From the NCBI RefSeq assembly GCF_003704095.1, contig NW_020844782.1:310001-374000 (forward strand): a stretch of DNA of 64,000 nucleotides. Reading direction: 5' to 3'. Below are positions 1 to 12,808 of this stretch, piece by piece. The translations under genes were made by a program, and so were the position numbers. The stretch comes from Pocillopora damicornis. Lineage: Eukaryota. Position 1 is the first letter of the stretch; every line of letters starts with the position of its first letter. The notes beneath the pieces were generated by a model. That model did no database searches. It worked only from the letters and a program-made list of their open reading frames with translations, and was not told where the DNA came from.

Positions 1-1320
1 AACTAGCTTCGCAAGGAAAGAAATGCGTTTGACGAGGTGGCAAAGAAGCTCGAGCATGTTCATTTCTCGACCATGCTGAAACTCAACGTCGGAGGCCATT
101 TTTTCTCCACAAGTTTGGCGACTATGACTAAAGATCCAGGTACTTTGAAGCAAGTTTTCAATTTTGAACGAAGGATTGATTTCTAGCTGTCTGTACAAAG
201 TTCGCCTCCATTCAATTGTTTATCCATAAATTCAAATCCTACTTGCGCCCGCAGCTGTTTTAGTAGCTGAGAGAATTCGATTTTAAAGTCTATTGTTCGA
301 AACGATACTTCCGTTTTGCATGCCGATTTCTGAGCTTATACCTGCTTCTTTACGCTTGTTTAAAAACGGACAGGCATGTGGAACGCAGTCCTAAATAATC
401 CACCATTACTTCTAGTTAACTCAGTACATCACGCTGAAAACAATTTTGATATGGCTGACTATAGTTTGCCATGTGATGTACGATGCCACCCGCCAAACTG
501 GGTAAATGAAGTTGATTCTTAGTGAAAAATAGGATTCAGGTATTAAAAGGGTTTTGTTTATTATGTTTTCACGGGTTCCACGTTACATGCCATGTTTTCA
601 GGCAGATTTGACACAAAACCTGGCGAGGATGGATCTTACTTCATCGATCGAGAACACACTTCCGACATATCTTAAATTATCTTCGCACTGGGAAACTCGT
701 CTTACCGGACAATAAGGTCGTTCGCAAGGAGTTGTTAAACGAGGCAGAATTCTATCGAATCGATGGGATACTCGATGAGTTGAAAGCAAAGCCGTTTAAA
801 GATTCTGCAATTCTCTCTTCAAAACAGTGCAAGACCCTGGTAGACTGGTTGAAGGACACTTACGAAAGCTTAGGCGACGATTACGTGTTGTTATACCGAG
901 CTTCTCGCGATCTATTAAGTTCTACTAAAAATATTAAATGAGAGCTTCTTGGCATATAGCTCAAACCTTATCTTAAGAAACTTCTAGTAAACTTTCTCCT
1001 GTCGCAAATTCATGAAAAACTTTTTTCTTCTTTTTTGTTCTTTCCTGTTCAGCCTTGTCAATGCCAGTGGCTTGCCACCAACAAAGTTGCCTTTGATAGA
1101 TGGTATGGATGGAAAAGCCATCTTTTGCTACAGTAGCGATGGCCCAGTATTTGGAGGTGGAAATGACCTTAATATTTGCAACTCTCCAAATTCTTACAAC
1201 TGCTCTGTTAGCCTTGGCAATTCATACCAGTGCCCAGTAGGTCAGAATGGTTACTATTTTTTAACAGGAAGTCAAGACTTCACTGTGAATGAAATGGAAG
1301 TGTTTTTGTTCGAAAATTAA
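1..1320 (+). pseudogene. BTB-TLDc paralog A, pseudogene (5' end outside the window)
   Basis: Exon 1 tail ends at 139 (GATCCAG|GT). The exon 2 acceptor is mutated (ACAG to ACGG, ~571-574) and ATG has become ACG. A 4-nt deletion in the IDRDGTH codons (~652) shifts the frame. A deletion from the YRASR codons runs into intron 2 sequence (~910), and a second deletion removes the exon 3 acceptor (~1020-1035). The TLDc tail is intact to TAA 1320. Confidence 0.88.
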
Positions 1321-1654
1321 AGACATTGTTGTCATTTTTTTTCTTCCTGATAAGACTAAAACTGATTCTGTAAACGTTTGCCATTGACTAGTTTCCTCTT
1401 AGTCATGTTGTTGATACAGAGTTTTGTTACTGATATATGAATGGAGGTGTTAGAGCCTTTAGAAACTCTGGTGCTGTGCTGATTTGGCTCGTGAAAGATT
1501 GTTTCTTGCTTTTGATTTTCAAGAATTGTCTATTAGTCATTTAAGTGAGTTGTTGTTACCTTAACAAGACTAAGTTATTAAAACTAACATTTGCGAAGAC
1601 TGTTTCTGACTGGAGATCTGTGAAGATATTAACCGGGTGGTGGATTAACAAGCA

Positions 1655-2051
1655 TAATCAAAACTACAACAACATTTTTGAACATGATTGGTTATCACCA
1701 GTCCGATTTGAGCACTACCAGGATAGTGTACGTGTCATGCTTGTAATTGGACAGTGTGCTGGGACAATTTAACGCTAAACCTGTGCTAGTGGACGGTACG
1801 CGTCATGTGCGCGCTGCTGTCGCACATTTCGCCGAGTTAAACTATTTGTTTTAATGAAAACAGATAACCAATGTCCAGTTCCTTTCTCAAATTTTGTCAT
1901 AGTTTTGATTAATTGGTAACAAGACTTCGTGTCGCTCAATTCTATATGTTATCATACTCGTGATATACAAACATATCGGACTACCACGATTTTGTCAATG
2001 ACTCGTATGGTTACAGACCCAATTGAAATCCACTCAGTCCTATTACCATTA
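1655..2051 (+). mobile_element. Non-autonomous repeat with a 5' end/subterminal inverted repeat plus a long 3' hairpin
   Basis: TAATCAAAACTACAACAACATT (1655) pairs with AATTTTGTCATAGTTTTGATTA (1890-1911), followed by an imperfect ~140-nt palindrome to 2051. Related copies occur at ~11030-11352, 13950-14348, 15915-16036, 19402-19812, 20113-20524 and 41258-41752. Confidence 0.75.
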
Positions 2052-2270
2052 TAAATCAAATACAGGTTGTTCATATAAAAAGNNNNNNNNNNNNNNNNNN
2101 NNNNNNNNNNNNNNNNNNNNNNNNNNNNNNNNNNNNNNNNNNNNNNNNNNNNNNNNNNNNNNNNNNNNNNNNNNNNNNNNNNAAGGCTTGTATAATAAAG
2201 TAGCATGCGAAATGAAGTGGACGATAAAACACTTATAAATTCTCATTTTACAGCATGACTAAACATCCAG

Positions 2271-3321
2271 TAGCCCACGTCTAACCGTACCCTCCCCCNN
2301 NNNNNNNNNNNNNNNNNNNNNNNNNNNNNNNNNNNNNNNNNNNNNNNNNNNNNNNNNNNNNNNNNNNNNNNNNNNNNNCCCCCCCCCCCCCCCCCCCCCC
2401 CCCCCCAAGGTGAAATGGAAGCAAGGGAACGTCTAAGCAAACCTGGCACCAGCCGTGTTCCATGACGTCACTCTTTTGCAAGAAAATATACAGCCGCTTT
2501 TTATTGGTTAACCCCTTTTGCCGGTTCTTTCGTGAATTCTGATTGGCTAAGGTTGGTAATTTATTTTTTTCTCACTTACAAACAGGATGGCGCACAAAAG
2601 CTTGTATGGTCAACTTTATAGACAAAAGCGATCTACGACGAGTTTTTAAGGTAGTTTGTGCGACTCTTGGATAGAAACATTTCAAGAAGAACAGCGGAAA
2701 GCCATAGATATCTTTTCCGAAGGTAACGATGTCTCTCTTTTGTTACCAAATGGCTATGGAAAATCTTTAATATATCAAGCAGCGCCGGTAATTCATCGGC
2801 TCTCTTCTCTAAAAGAAACCAGTGACTATATTATTTGTGCTGCCCGTTAAAGCTCTCATAGAAGACCAGGTGCACCATCTTAATGAACTTGGGCCAGAGG
2901 ATCGTCCACCTTAAACTTTCGGTCTGTTTGCGAACAGTGCTGCGATGCTATGAAATCTAGTTTCGTAAGCCCAATGCCAATCGAACATCGTCCTATTCTT
3001 ACTCTATACCAAAAATCGCTCGTATTCTTTTCCTATATTCTTGGAGCAAATTAAAGTATTCATTTGAGGTCGGACGCTAAATTGCAAATTAACTCGAAAA
3101 ATGAAAAATGAATTCACTTCAATGTTGTTGTTTATCTCGATAAACTTTCACTTTAACGCGTGCCACTTCGCAAAAAACATCATCAAGGTATATAATTCTG
3201 CATGGATTAAAGTGACGTCACATAACATGATTAGTGTCGGGTTTGCGTAGACTTTCCCTCGCTTCCATTCAATGGTGAGTCACCAGAGGGGAGAAGGAAG
3301 GGTAAGGCTACACGTAGGCTA
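2271..3321 (+). mobile_element. AcademH-like DNA transposon derivative carrying a RecQ-helicase remnant
   Basis: Imperfect TIRs TAGCCCACGTCTAACCGTACCCT ... AGGGTAAGGCTACACGTAGGCTA with an exact 9-bp TSD AACATCCAG (2262-2270 and 3322-3330). The internal decayed ORF EEQRKAIDIFSEGNDVSLLLPNGYGKSLIYQAAP and the frameshifted PLKALIEDQVHHLNELG match RecQ motifs 0, I and Ia. TAG termini, a 9-bp TSD and a RecQ helicase are AcademH features. Confidence 0.82.
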
Positions 3322-3552
3322 AACATCCAGTTGTTTCTAAGAAATCGAAACACTGAGAATTAATCAAAACCTCGTGCAATTTCCGCGAAATATGAAGACA
3401 TAGAAGCTTTTGTTAATTCTTGGAACTCTTTGCATTTTGTACTCGTGGACGGCTTGTTGGAGAAAGTTGAAATGTTTCCCTCCCGCATTTCGAAGAAAAG
3501 TGACTCGCAAAACAGTGCGAAAGAGTTTAAGTTGTCTTTCTCTCGCAGTTCA

Positions 3553-3641
3553 ATGAAAGATTTGCCAAACAAGCACATTACTGATACATTGAGTATTTTG
3601 AGGCGCGAGATAAGCAAAGTTCGTAAAGAAAAGGAAGCCTT
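3553..3641 (+). pseudogene. Relic of BTB-TLDc exon 1
   Basis: MKDLP-NKHITDTLSILRREISKVRKEKEAL aligns to KDLPDDEALDEVNKHIKDAFDILKRETNKLRKERNAF with an internal deletion. No BTB sequence follows. Confidence 0.7.
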
Positions 3642-4222
3642 AATTTGTATTCGACAGGCAGGCAGTGGGGGCAGGCAGGGGCAGTTTGTTTTATTAAGGT
3701 GTTGTGAGGGGAAGCGGGGAAGGGTGAGTAAGGTTTTTAAACTAGCTTCAGTTCTCATGTAAATTTAGAATAGTTTTTAATGGAATAGTAATTTTCTCTC
3801 TACCACGAGTGATATAATAGATTAATTTACAATCAGACAGCGAGGGGAAATTAAAACAGATAAACAACAGACAAATTTTGCATATTCTGTGGGATTTGCT
3901 GTGAGCACTAAACTTGAATTATTTTCGCTGAAAAAGTGTCGACGGGGAAGAGATGCGGTAAAATTGACCGCGAAGTGAACTCATAATAAGAATGCACTAC
4001 TTGATAATCAACGTTTTCCAATATCCAATTAATTTTTATGCATGACGTGACTCGAAGTAATTTATGCATGATGAAATTGATTCACCCATACATTTCCGAG
4101 AAATCAACTTACCGAGAATCACAGCAACACGCAAATTCTAAGAATAGACGTTATATCTCGGGATTCTCAGGAAAAAAATTGATTTCTTCACCTGTCCTTT
4201 TGTATAACCCACTTGAATTAAG

Positions 4223-5996
4223 ATGTCGACAAAGCGTAACTCAAAGAAAGATTTACCCGACGATGAAGCCTTAGACGAAGTGAATAAACACATCAAAGAC
4301 GCTTTCGACATTCTGAAGCGTGAGACAAACAAGCTTCGCAAGGAAAGAAATGCGTTTGACGAGGTGGCAAAGAAGCTCGAGCATGTTCATTTCTCGACCA
4401 TGCTGAAACTCAACGTCGGAGGCCATTTTTTCTCCACAAGTTTGGCGACAATGACAAAAGATCCAGGTACTTTAAAGCGAGTTTTGAATTTTGAACTAAG
4501 AATTGAGATCTAGCTTTTTGATACACTGTACAAAGTTCGCTTTTATTCAGTAGTTTATTCATAAATTCAAATTCTGTTTGCATCCGCAGCTGTTTAAGTA
4601 GTTGAGAGAATTCGATTTTTAAGTCCATTGTTCAAAACGATACTAACGTTTTGCGGCTGACTTCTGAAATTACACCTGCGTCTCTATGCTTGTTTAAAAA
4701 CGAGCAGGCATGTGGAAAGCAGTCTTAAATAATCCGGCATTACTTCTAGTCAACTGAATACACCACAGTAAATAGAGATTACTTCATGGAAAATGCGCGC
4801 GTACGATTTTTATTCACGAGTTGTGTAGTATCAGAAAACGAACGAGTGAGCGCAGCGAACGAGTGAGTTTTCTAATACGTATCAACGAGTGAGTGAAAAT
4901 CGTACAAAGCATTTTCCATGCTGTAATGTGTTTATTTCATAGGTGCTGAGATTTTTTCGTGTTGTCTTTGGTAGACAAATAGCACAGATGGGGCGATGAA
5001 AAGCGTAAAAAGTAGTTTAAAAAGTTCTCAACAACAAGTTAATAAAAGTGCATAAAGTTCATAACACTTAAGCTTACCTGTGTTCATCAGATATCAATCA
5101 AGTTCTAGTCGGCTCGTACTCGTTGCCATCTTTAGTGCGTACGGAGATAATAAATTCGCTAATGAATTCATTCAACTCAGCCGCTGGAATATCTTCAATT
5201 TTCCTGTCTACGTCCTTCGTTTTCAAAAATCTTTCAAGCAATCTTACATCTCTTTCAGTTTTTTGAGCGGTATTTTTGTTTTCGTGTTCTGAAATGAATT
5301 ATTCAACTGAGTAAACAGAAGCGAACCTTCCGTCGGCCATTTTTCAAAGCGCGCGGGATTTGTGCAACGGCTCGCGCATGACGTTCTCTTCAGTACGTTC
5401 ATTCATCATTAATGAAATTTCGTCGTTCGCGTTGCTGATTGGACGAACGATAATTTTTTCACGGTGAAATTTTGTTGTTCGTACTCCTGACTGGCTACAT
5501 TTAGAATCAGTACGAATTTTATTCACTACGATTTTTGTGGGTAAATCTCAGTACCTATGAAATAAAAACATTTTTGATACGGTTGAATGCAGCTTGCTTC
5601 GTGATGTTCGATGCCACACGCCAAATTGGGTAAGTGTAGATGATTCTTTTTGAAAAAAAAAAAGATTAAGGTATATTAGAAAGGTTTTGTTCATCTTGTT
5701 TTCACAGGGTCCATGTTACATGCCATGTTTTCAAGCAGATTTGACACAAAACCTGGCGAGGATGGATCTTACTTCATCGATCGAGACGGAACACACTTCC
5801 GACATATCTTAAATTATCTTCGCACTGGGAAACTCGTACTCCCGGACGATAAAGTCGTTCGCAAGGAGTTGGTAAGCGAGGCGGAATTCTATCAAATCGA
5901 TGGAATACTCGATGAGTTGAAAGCAAATCCGTTTAAAGATTTTGCAATTCTCTCTTCAGAACAGCGCGAAACCCTGGTAGACTGGTTGAAAGACAC
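4223..5996 (+). CDS. BTB-TLDc paralog C (exon 1 4223-4466; exon 2 from 5708 to the gap)
   Basis: Canonical GT/AG phase-1 junction gives TMTKDPG-SMLHAMFS. KCTD-type BTB motifs LNVGG and FIDRDGTHFRHILNYLR are present. Truncated by the N-gap at 5997. Confidence 0.85.
4771..5566. mobile_element. ~800-bp insertion in intron 1 of paralog C (terminal hairpin + 24-bp inverted repeat)
   Basis: Absent from the equivalent intron of copies A, D and E. 4778-4927 is a long palindrome around GAACGAGTGAGCGCAGCGAACGAGTGA. TTTATTTCATAGGTGCTGAGATTT (4931-4954) pairs with AAATCTCAGTACCTATGAAATAAA (5543-5566) with one mismatch. Confidence 0.85.
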
Positions 5997-6096
5997 NNNN
6001 NNNNNNNNNNNNNNNNNNNNNNNNNNNNNNNNNNNNNNNNNNNNNNNNNNNNNNNNNNNNNNNNNNNNNNNNNNNNNNNNNNNNNNNNNNNNNNNN

Positions 6097-8097
6097 TTTT
6101 CTCCACAAGTTTGGCGACTATGACTAAAGATCCAGGTACTTTGAAGCAAGATTTGAATTTTGAACTAAGGATTGAGATCTAGCTGGTTGATACACTGTAC
6201 AAAGTTCGCCTCCATTCAATTGTTTATCCATAAATTCAAGTCCTACTTGCGTCCGCAGCTGTTTTAGTAGTTGAGAGAATTCGATTTTGAAGTCCATTGT
6301 TCGGAACGGTACTTCCGTTTTGCATGCCGATTTCTGAGCTTTTACCTGCGTCTTTACGCTTGTTTAAAAACGGACAGGCATGTGAAACGCAATCCTAAAT
6401 AATCCGCCATTACTTCTAGTTAACTCACTACATCACAATGAAAACAATTTTGATATGGATGATTATAGTTTGCCATGTGATGTACGATGTCACCCGCCAA
6501 ACTGGGTAAATGAAGTTGATTATATTTTAAAAAAAGGATTTAGGTATTAAAAGGAGGTTTTTTCATCTTGTTTTCACAGGTTCCATGTTACATGCCATGT
6601 TTTCAGGCAGATTTGACACAAAACCTGGCGAGGATGGATCTTACTTCATCGACCGAGATGGAACACACTTCCGACATATCTTAAATTACCTTCGCACTGG
6701 AAAACTCGTTTTACCGGACGATAAAGTCGTTCGCAAGGAGTTGTTGAACGAGGCAGAATTCTATCAAATCGATGGGATACTCGATGAGTTGAAGGCAAAT
6801 CCGTTTAAAGATTCTGCAATTCTCTCCTCAGAACAGCGTGAAACCCTGGTAGATTGGTTGAAGGACATACGCGAAAGCTTAGGCGACGATTACGTGTTGT
6901 TATACCGAGCTTCTCGCAATGGATGGGCCGCCTCTTACTTCCACTCCTGTTGTGATAACAAAGGACCAACAGTTACAGTGATCAAGTATGGAAACTACAT
7001 ATTTGGAGGATATACTGAGCAGCCATGGCAATCGCCAAGTAAGAGACCTTTCTGTCAGCCCAATTGAATCAAACTCCTTTACTCCCCCCCCCCCCCCCCC
7101 CCCACCCCCATGATAAAATACCCCATCCTAATATTTTGCTCTCAAATTTGCTGTTTACTTTCCATTTACAGGCTAATTACAGAAGCGAGAAGTCTTTTGC
7201 TTGGGAACTTCTATCCTTTTTCTTCTTTTCTTTTCGGGAAAATGTAATGATGATTCTGCCAAAATATCACAAAAACTTAAATCGATCAGAAAGTGATTAT
7301 TTTACAATCGATCTAGCGCTACAAAAAACTCCCAAATGAGAGCTTCCTGGCATACAGCACAAACGTAATCTTAAGAACCTTCTTAGTTAGCTTTCTGCTT
7401 TCACAACTTCATTAAAAACTAGTGGAAGATTCAGCCAACCGCCCCCCTGCCCCCTCCTTTCTTGTAGGGTGAGTCAGCTTGCTCACATTTCTTAGGGATA
7501 AACCCTTTTGACTGACAGTTCAATGAAATATCAGGTTTTATAGGACTCCCTAATTCCATGAATAATGCATTGATGTTTTTGCTGCTGTTGTTGCTGTATT
7601 TTTATTTTTTTTTTGGTTGTTTTTTCTTGTCTTGTCTTGTCTTGTCTTATCTTGTCTTGTCTTGTCTTGTTTTTGTTTTTGTTTTTATTTTCGTTTCAAA
7701 GGGAGTTCTATCTTATGATATGGTTGTTGTTTTTTTTTTTTGTATATTTTAAGCTAGGTGTTACCATTGCATAGTCAAACCATAGTCTTCGATGAAAAAC
7801 ATCTTTCTAAAGTTGAACACCAAGCCTCCTTTATTTTAAGGAAGTGAACTTCTATCTCATCTAGAGTAAGCTAAGGGCAGAGTGATTTTTTTAGAGGTCG
7901 TGATGCACTGACATGAAAATGATAGCTCCAGCCACAAGCACAAGCGTTAATTATTGCAGTGACAATTTCTTGTCCTGGTTTTGTCCCTATTTGCTACCGA
8001 GAACTGTTATACAACCAATCTAACTCAGTAAATATTTTTTTACCAGATACTGCATCGTACAAAAGAGCACCAGGTTCTTTCCTGTTCAGCCTTGTCA
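6097..8097 (+). CDS. BTB-TLDc paralog D (exon 1 tail to 6135; exon 2 6580-7038; exon 3 from 8047 to the gap)
   Basis: Canonical splice sites. The 459-nt exon 2 encodes the BTB C-terminal half and the TLDc N-terminal motifs LLYRASRNGW, FHSCCDNKGPTVTVIK and IFGGYT. Both ends fall in gaps. Confidence 0.87.
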
Positions 8098-8296
8098 NNN
8101 NNNNNNNNNNNNNNNNNNNNNNNNNNNNNNNNNNNNNNNNNNNNNNNNNNNNNNNNNNNNNNNNNNNNNNNNNNNNNNNNNNNNNNNNNNNNNNNNNAAA
8201 TCGGATTCTGAGAATAGAAAAAATATCTCGGGCTTCTCGGAAAAAAAAAAAGTTGCTTTCGACACCTGTCCTTTTGTTTGACTCACTTGGATTAAG

Positions 8297-10728
8297 ATGT
8301 CGTCGAAGCGTAACTCAGAGAAAGATTTACCCGGCTTTGAAGCCTTAGACGAAGTAAATAAACACATTAAAGACGCTTTCGACATTCTGAATCGTGAGAC
8401 GAACAAGCTTCGCAAGGAAAGAAATGCGTTTGACGAGGTGGCAAAGAAGCTCGAGCATGTTCATTTCTCGACCATGCTGAAACTCAACGTCGGAGGCCAT
8501 TTTTTCTCCACAAGTTTGGCGACTATGACTAAAGATCCAGGTACTTTGAAGCAAGTTTTCAATTTTGAACTAAGGATTGAGATCTAGCTGGTTGATACAC
8601 TGTACAAAGTTCGCCTCCACTCAATTGTTTATCCATAAATTCAAATCCTACTTGCGTCCTCAGCTGTTTTAGTAATTGAGAGAATTCGATTTTAAAGTCC
8701 ATTGTTCGGAACGGTACTTCCGTTTTGCATGCCGATTTCCGAGCTTTTACCTGCGTCTTTACGCTGGTTTTAAAAAACGGACAGGCTTGTGGAACGCAGT
8801 CCTAAATAATCCACCATTAATTCTAGTTAACTCACTACATCACGATGAAAACAATTTTGATATGGCTGACTATAGTTTGCCATGTGATGTACGATGCCAC
8901 CCGCCAAACTGGGTAAATGAAATTGATTATATTTTAAAAAAAGGATTTAGGTATTAAAAGGAGGTTTTTTCATCTTGTTTTCACAGGTTCCATGTTTCAT
9001 TCCATGTTTTCAGGCAGATTTGACACAAAACCAGGCGAGGATGGATCTTACTTCATCGACCGAGACGGAACACACTTCCGATATATCTTAAATTACCTTC
9101 GCACTGGGAAACTCGTCTTACCGGACGATAAAGTCGTTCGCAATGAGTTGTTGAACGAGGCAGAATTCTATCAAATCGATGGGATACTCGATGAGCTGAA
9201 AGCAAATCCGTTTAAAGATTCTGCAATTCTCTCCTCAGAACAGCGTGAAATCCTGGTAGATTGGTTGAAGGACACACGCGAAAGCTTAGGCGATGATTAC
9301 GTGTTGTTATACCGAGCTTCTCGCAATGGATGGGCCGCCTCTAACTTCCACTCCTGTTGTGATAACAAAGGACCAACAGTTACAGTGATCAAGTATGGAA
9401 ACTACATATTTGGAGGATATACTGAGCAGTCATGGCAATCGTCAAGTAAGAGACCTTTCTGTCAGCCCCATTGAATCAAACTCCTTTACTCCCCCCCCCC
9501 CTCTCCCCCTTATGATAAAATACTCCATCCTAATATTCTGCTCTCAAATTTGCTGTTTACTTTCCATTTACAGGTTAATTACAGAAGCAAGAAGTCTTTT
9601 GCTTGGGAACTTCTACCCTTTTTCTTCTTTTCTTTTTGGGAAAATGTAATGATGATTCTGCCAAAATATCAAAAAAAAAAACTTAAATCGGTCAGAAAGT
9701 GATTCTTTCACAATCGATCTAGCTCTACAAAAAACTCCCAAATGAGAGCTTCCTGGTATACAGCACCAACCTAATCTTGAGAACCTTCTTTTTTAGCTTT
9801 CTGCGTTCACAACTTCATTAAAAACTAATGGAAGATTCAGCCAACCGCCCCCCTGCCCCCTCATTTCTTGTACGGTGAGTCAGCTTGCTCACATTTCTGA
9901 GGGATAAACCCTTTTGACTGACAGTTCAATGAAATATCAGGTTTTATAGGACTCCCTAATACCATGAATAATGCATTGATGTTTTTGCTGTTGTTGTAGC
10001 TATATTTTTACTTTGTTTTTTTGGTTGTTTTGTTATGTCTTGTTTTGTTTTTGTTTTGTTTTGTTTATTTTGTTTTTATTTTCGTTTCAGAGGGACTTCT
10101 ATCTTATGACAGGGTTGTTTTTTTTTTTTTGTATATTTTCAGCTAGGTGTTACCATAGTCTTCGATGAGAAACATCTTTCTAGAGTTAAACACCAAGCCT
10201 CCTTTATTTTAAGGAAGTGAACTTCTATTTCATCTAGAGTAAGCTAAGGGCAGAGTGATTTTTTAGAGGTCGTGATGCACTGACATGAAAATGATAGCTC
10301 CAGCTACAAGCACAAGCGTTAATTATTGCCGTGACAATTTCTTGTCCTGGTTTTGTCCCTATTTGCTACCGAGAATTGTTATACAACCAATCTAACTCAG
10401 TAAATATTTTTTACCAGATACTGAACCGTACAAAAGAGCACCAGGTTCTTTCCTGTTCAGCCTTGTCAATGCCAGTGGCTTGCCACCAACAAAGATGCCT
10501 TTGATAGATGGTAGGGAAGGAAGTGCCATCTACTGCCACAATAGCCGTGGTCCAGTATTTGGAGGTGGACATGATCTTTGCGTTCCAGATTCTCCAAATT
10601 CCTCCAACTGCTCCGTTAACCTTGGCATTACATACCAGTGCCCAGCAGGTCAGAATGGTAACCTTTTTTTAACAGGAAGTCAATACTTCGTTGTGAATGA
10701 AATGGAAGTTTTTGTGTTCAAAAATTAA
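8297..10728 (+). CDS. Complete coiled-coil/BTB(KCTD-type)/TLDc protein, paralog E, 337 aa
   Basis: Exons 8297-8540, 8987-9445 and 10418-10728 (244+459+311 = 1014 nt), all GT-AG and in frame. TLDc C-terminal motifs SFLFSL, GPVFGGGHDL and EMEVF are present. Confidence 0.93.
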
Positions 10729-11492
10729 AGGCATCGTTGTCAATTTTCTCTTCCTGATGAGACTACAACAGATATTGTAAACATCAGCTAATGACTAATT
10801 TCCTCTTAGTTATGTTGTTGTTAGTGAATTTTTTTTTAAACTAGATTGGAGAAGTAAGAGGCTTTCAAAACCTTTTTGTGGAACTGATCTGGCTTGTGAA
10901 CATTCGTTTCTTGCTTTTGATTTTCAAGAATTGTTTGCTAGTCAGTTAAGTGTGTTGTTGTTACTTGAGCAAGACTGAGTTATTAAAAGAAACGTTTGCG
11001 ACGACTGTTTCAGTAGAGGATTGACAAACATAATCAAAACTATAACAAAATTCTCGAACATGATTGGTTGTCACCTGCCCGATTTGAGCACTAACAGGAC
11101 AGTGAACGCGCCATGCTTGTATTTGGACAGTGTAGTAGGACAAATTAACGTCGTGTGCGCGTGCTGTTGCTGCGCATTTCGCCTAGTTGAAATTCAACTG
11201 CGCCCTGTTGTTGTTTTTTAGGTTAATGAAAGTGTATCACCTATGTCAAGTTTCAAACTCAAATTTTGTCATTGTTTTGATTGACGAATCGGACTCCCCC
11301 TTTGCATTTATCCACTCAGTCAGTTGGACTCCACTCAGTCCTATTACCATTATAGATCGAATGCGGATTGTATATATATATATAAAGGTCGATAGAAGTG
11401 CAAAATATACCTAACGCCCATGACACTAGGAAGGGCACAAATATGTTTAACGATCCAGCAAATGTTAGGCCTTCAGTTTGTAAAACAAAGCC

Positions 11493-11629
11493 CGGTCAAT
11501 ATCAATATCTGGGTAACTGCCCATCTACCCCTCCCCTAACTCAACAACAGTCAATTGATAACAACTTAGGGTTAATGTTGGGTTAGGGGAGGGGTAGGTG
11601 GGCAGTTACCCAGATACTGATATTGATCC
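11493..11629. mobile_element. Palindromic MITE (~137 bp)
   Basis: GGTCAATATCAATATCTGGGTAACTGCCCATCTACCCCTCCCCTAAC pairs with GTTAGGGGAGGGGTAGGTGGGCAGTTACCCAGATACTGATATTGATCC. Confidence 0.8.
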
Positions 11630-12080
11630 CAAAGCTCCTAGAAAGTCGCTTTTATTACCTTGATGTAAAACAATAAAGTGCTAAAAGGGCGCATTATCCC
11701 GAAATAGAAAAAAAAGTTTAAACTGTGTAGCTTCATCATAACATAAAGAGAAGAAAATTTCCTCGTAGGCATCTATCCTGAGTTATGACCTGCTCATCAG
11801 ACAAATTATATTCATTTGAACGCAACAGCTTCCTTGTAGTAGCCTTGTCTCTCCTGCATGGAAATGTTAATTTATTACTTAGAGCACTGATTTATTTTAG
11901 AAATTTTCTCGGCAAAGATACCCCCACCAACGCGGCGGTACAGTTTCCTTAGAAATTTAACCCTATTACCCAAGGCAAAATTTGGTTTAACCGTTCTCTC
12001 TCGAAGACACCGTATTCCCACCACTAGCGTAGCTTATTTTCTGCATATAAGCAAACACCCAACCCACAATTCCTGCAATC

Positions 12081-12230
12081 ACTCTGACGAAGGGCTGATG
12101 ATCGAAACGTTAGCTTTTAAACTCTCCACGGTGGCCAATTTATCTTATCAACTCAGTTGATAATACTAAATTACCCTGTAATACTCTCCTACCGACGCAG
12201 CAATTTCTTTAGAAATTTTCCCCCTCTATT
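12081..12230 (+). mobile_element. Penelope-like element terminal fragment with a degenerate minimal hammerhead motif
   Basis: CTGACGA-AGGGCTGATGATC-GAAAC-GTT at 12084-12111. There is an inverted copy at ~12960-12992 and related tails at ~26897-27025 and 59662-59760. Confidence 0.65.
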
Positions 12231-12552
12231 CATTTGTTTTGTGGACGTTAACCCATGACTATTCTCGTCGAACTAGGTCTTGAAAAAAACCGACAAAGGC
12301 GGTCAAGCGCGTAATATAAGCCCCAGGAAGCTGGCTCTGAAGAGGGATTCATTAATGTTTTTTTAAAAAAGTTCACACAACAACTAATTTTCGTAAATCT
12401 TATCGATACCTCTGGACGCTCAGGGATGCTTCAAACCAATCTTTCGTGTCTTTTGACTGTTTCAAAGGCTTGTATAATAAAGTAGCATGCGAAATGAAGT
12501 GGACGATAAAACACTTCTGGATTCTCATTGCACAGCATAACTAAACATCCAG

Positions 12553-12808
12553 TAGCCCACGTCTAACCGTCCCCTCCCCCCTCCCCCCCTACCCCAAGGT
12601 GAAATGGAAGCAAGGGAACATCCGCGCAAAACTGGCACTAATCGTTTTCCGTGACGTCACTCTTTTGCAAGAAAATATATAGCCGCTTTTTATTGGTTAA
12701 CCCCTTTTGCCGGTTCTTATGTGAATTCTGATTGTGTAAGGTTAGTAATTTTTTTTTTTTCACTCTTACGAACAGGATGGTGCACAAAAGCTTGCATGGT
12801 CAACTTTT
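12553..12808 (+). mobile_element. Second copy of the AcademH-like left end, duplicated with its flank
   Basis: Same TIR, same AACATCCAG target site and same upstream flank as at 2271. Cut by a gap. Confidence 0.8.

Noticed and set aside
2656-2892. Host RecQ helicase gene
   Set aside because: Short, frameshifted, Walker A degenerate (LPNG), and enclosed by TIRs and a TSD.
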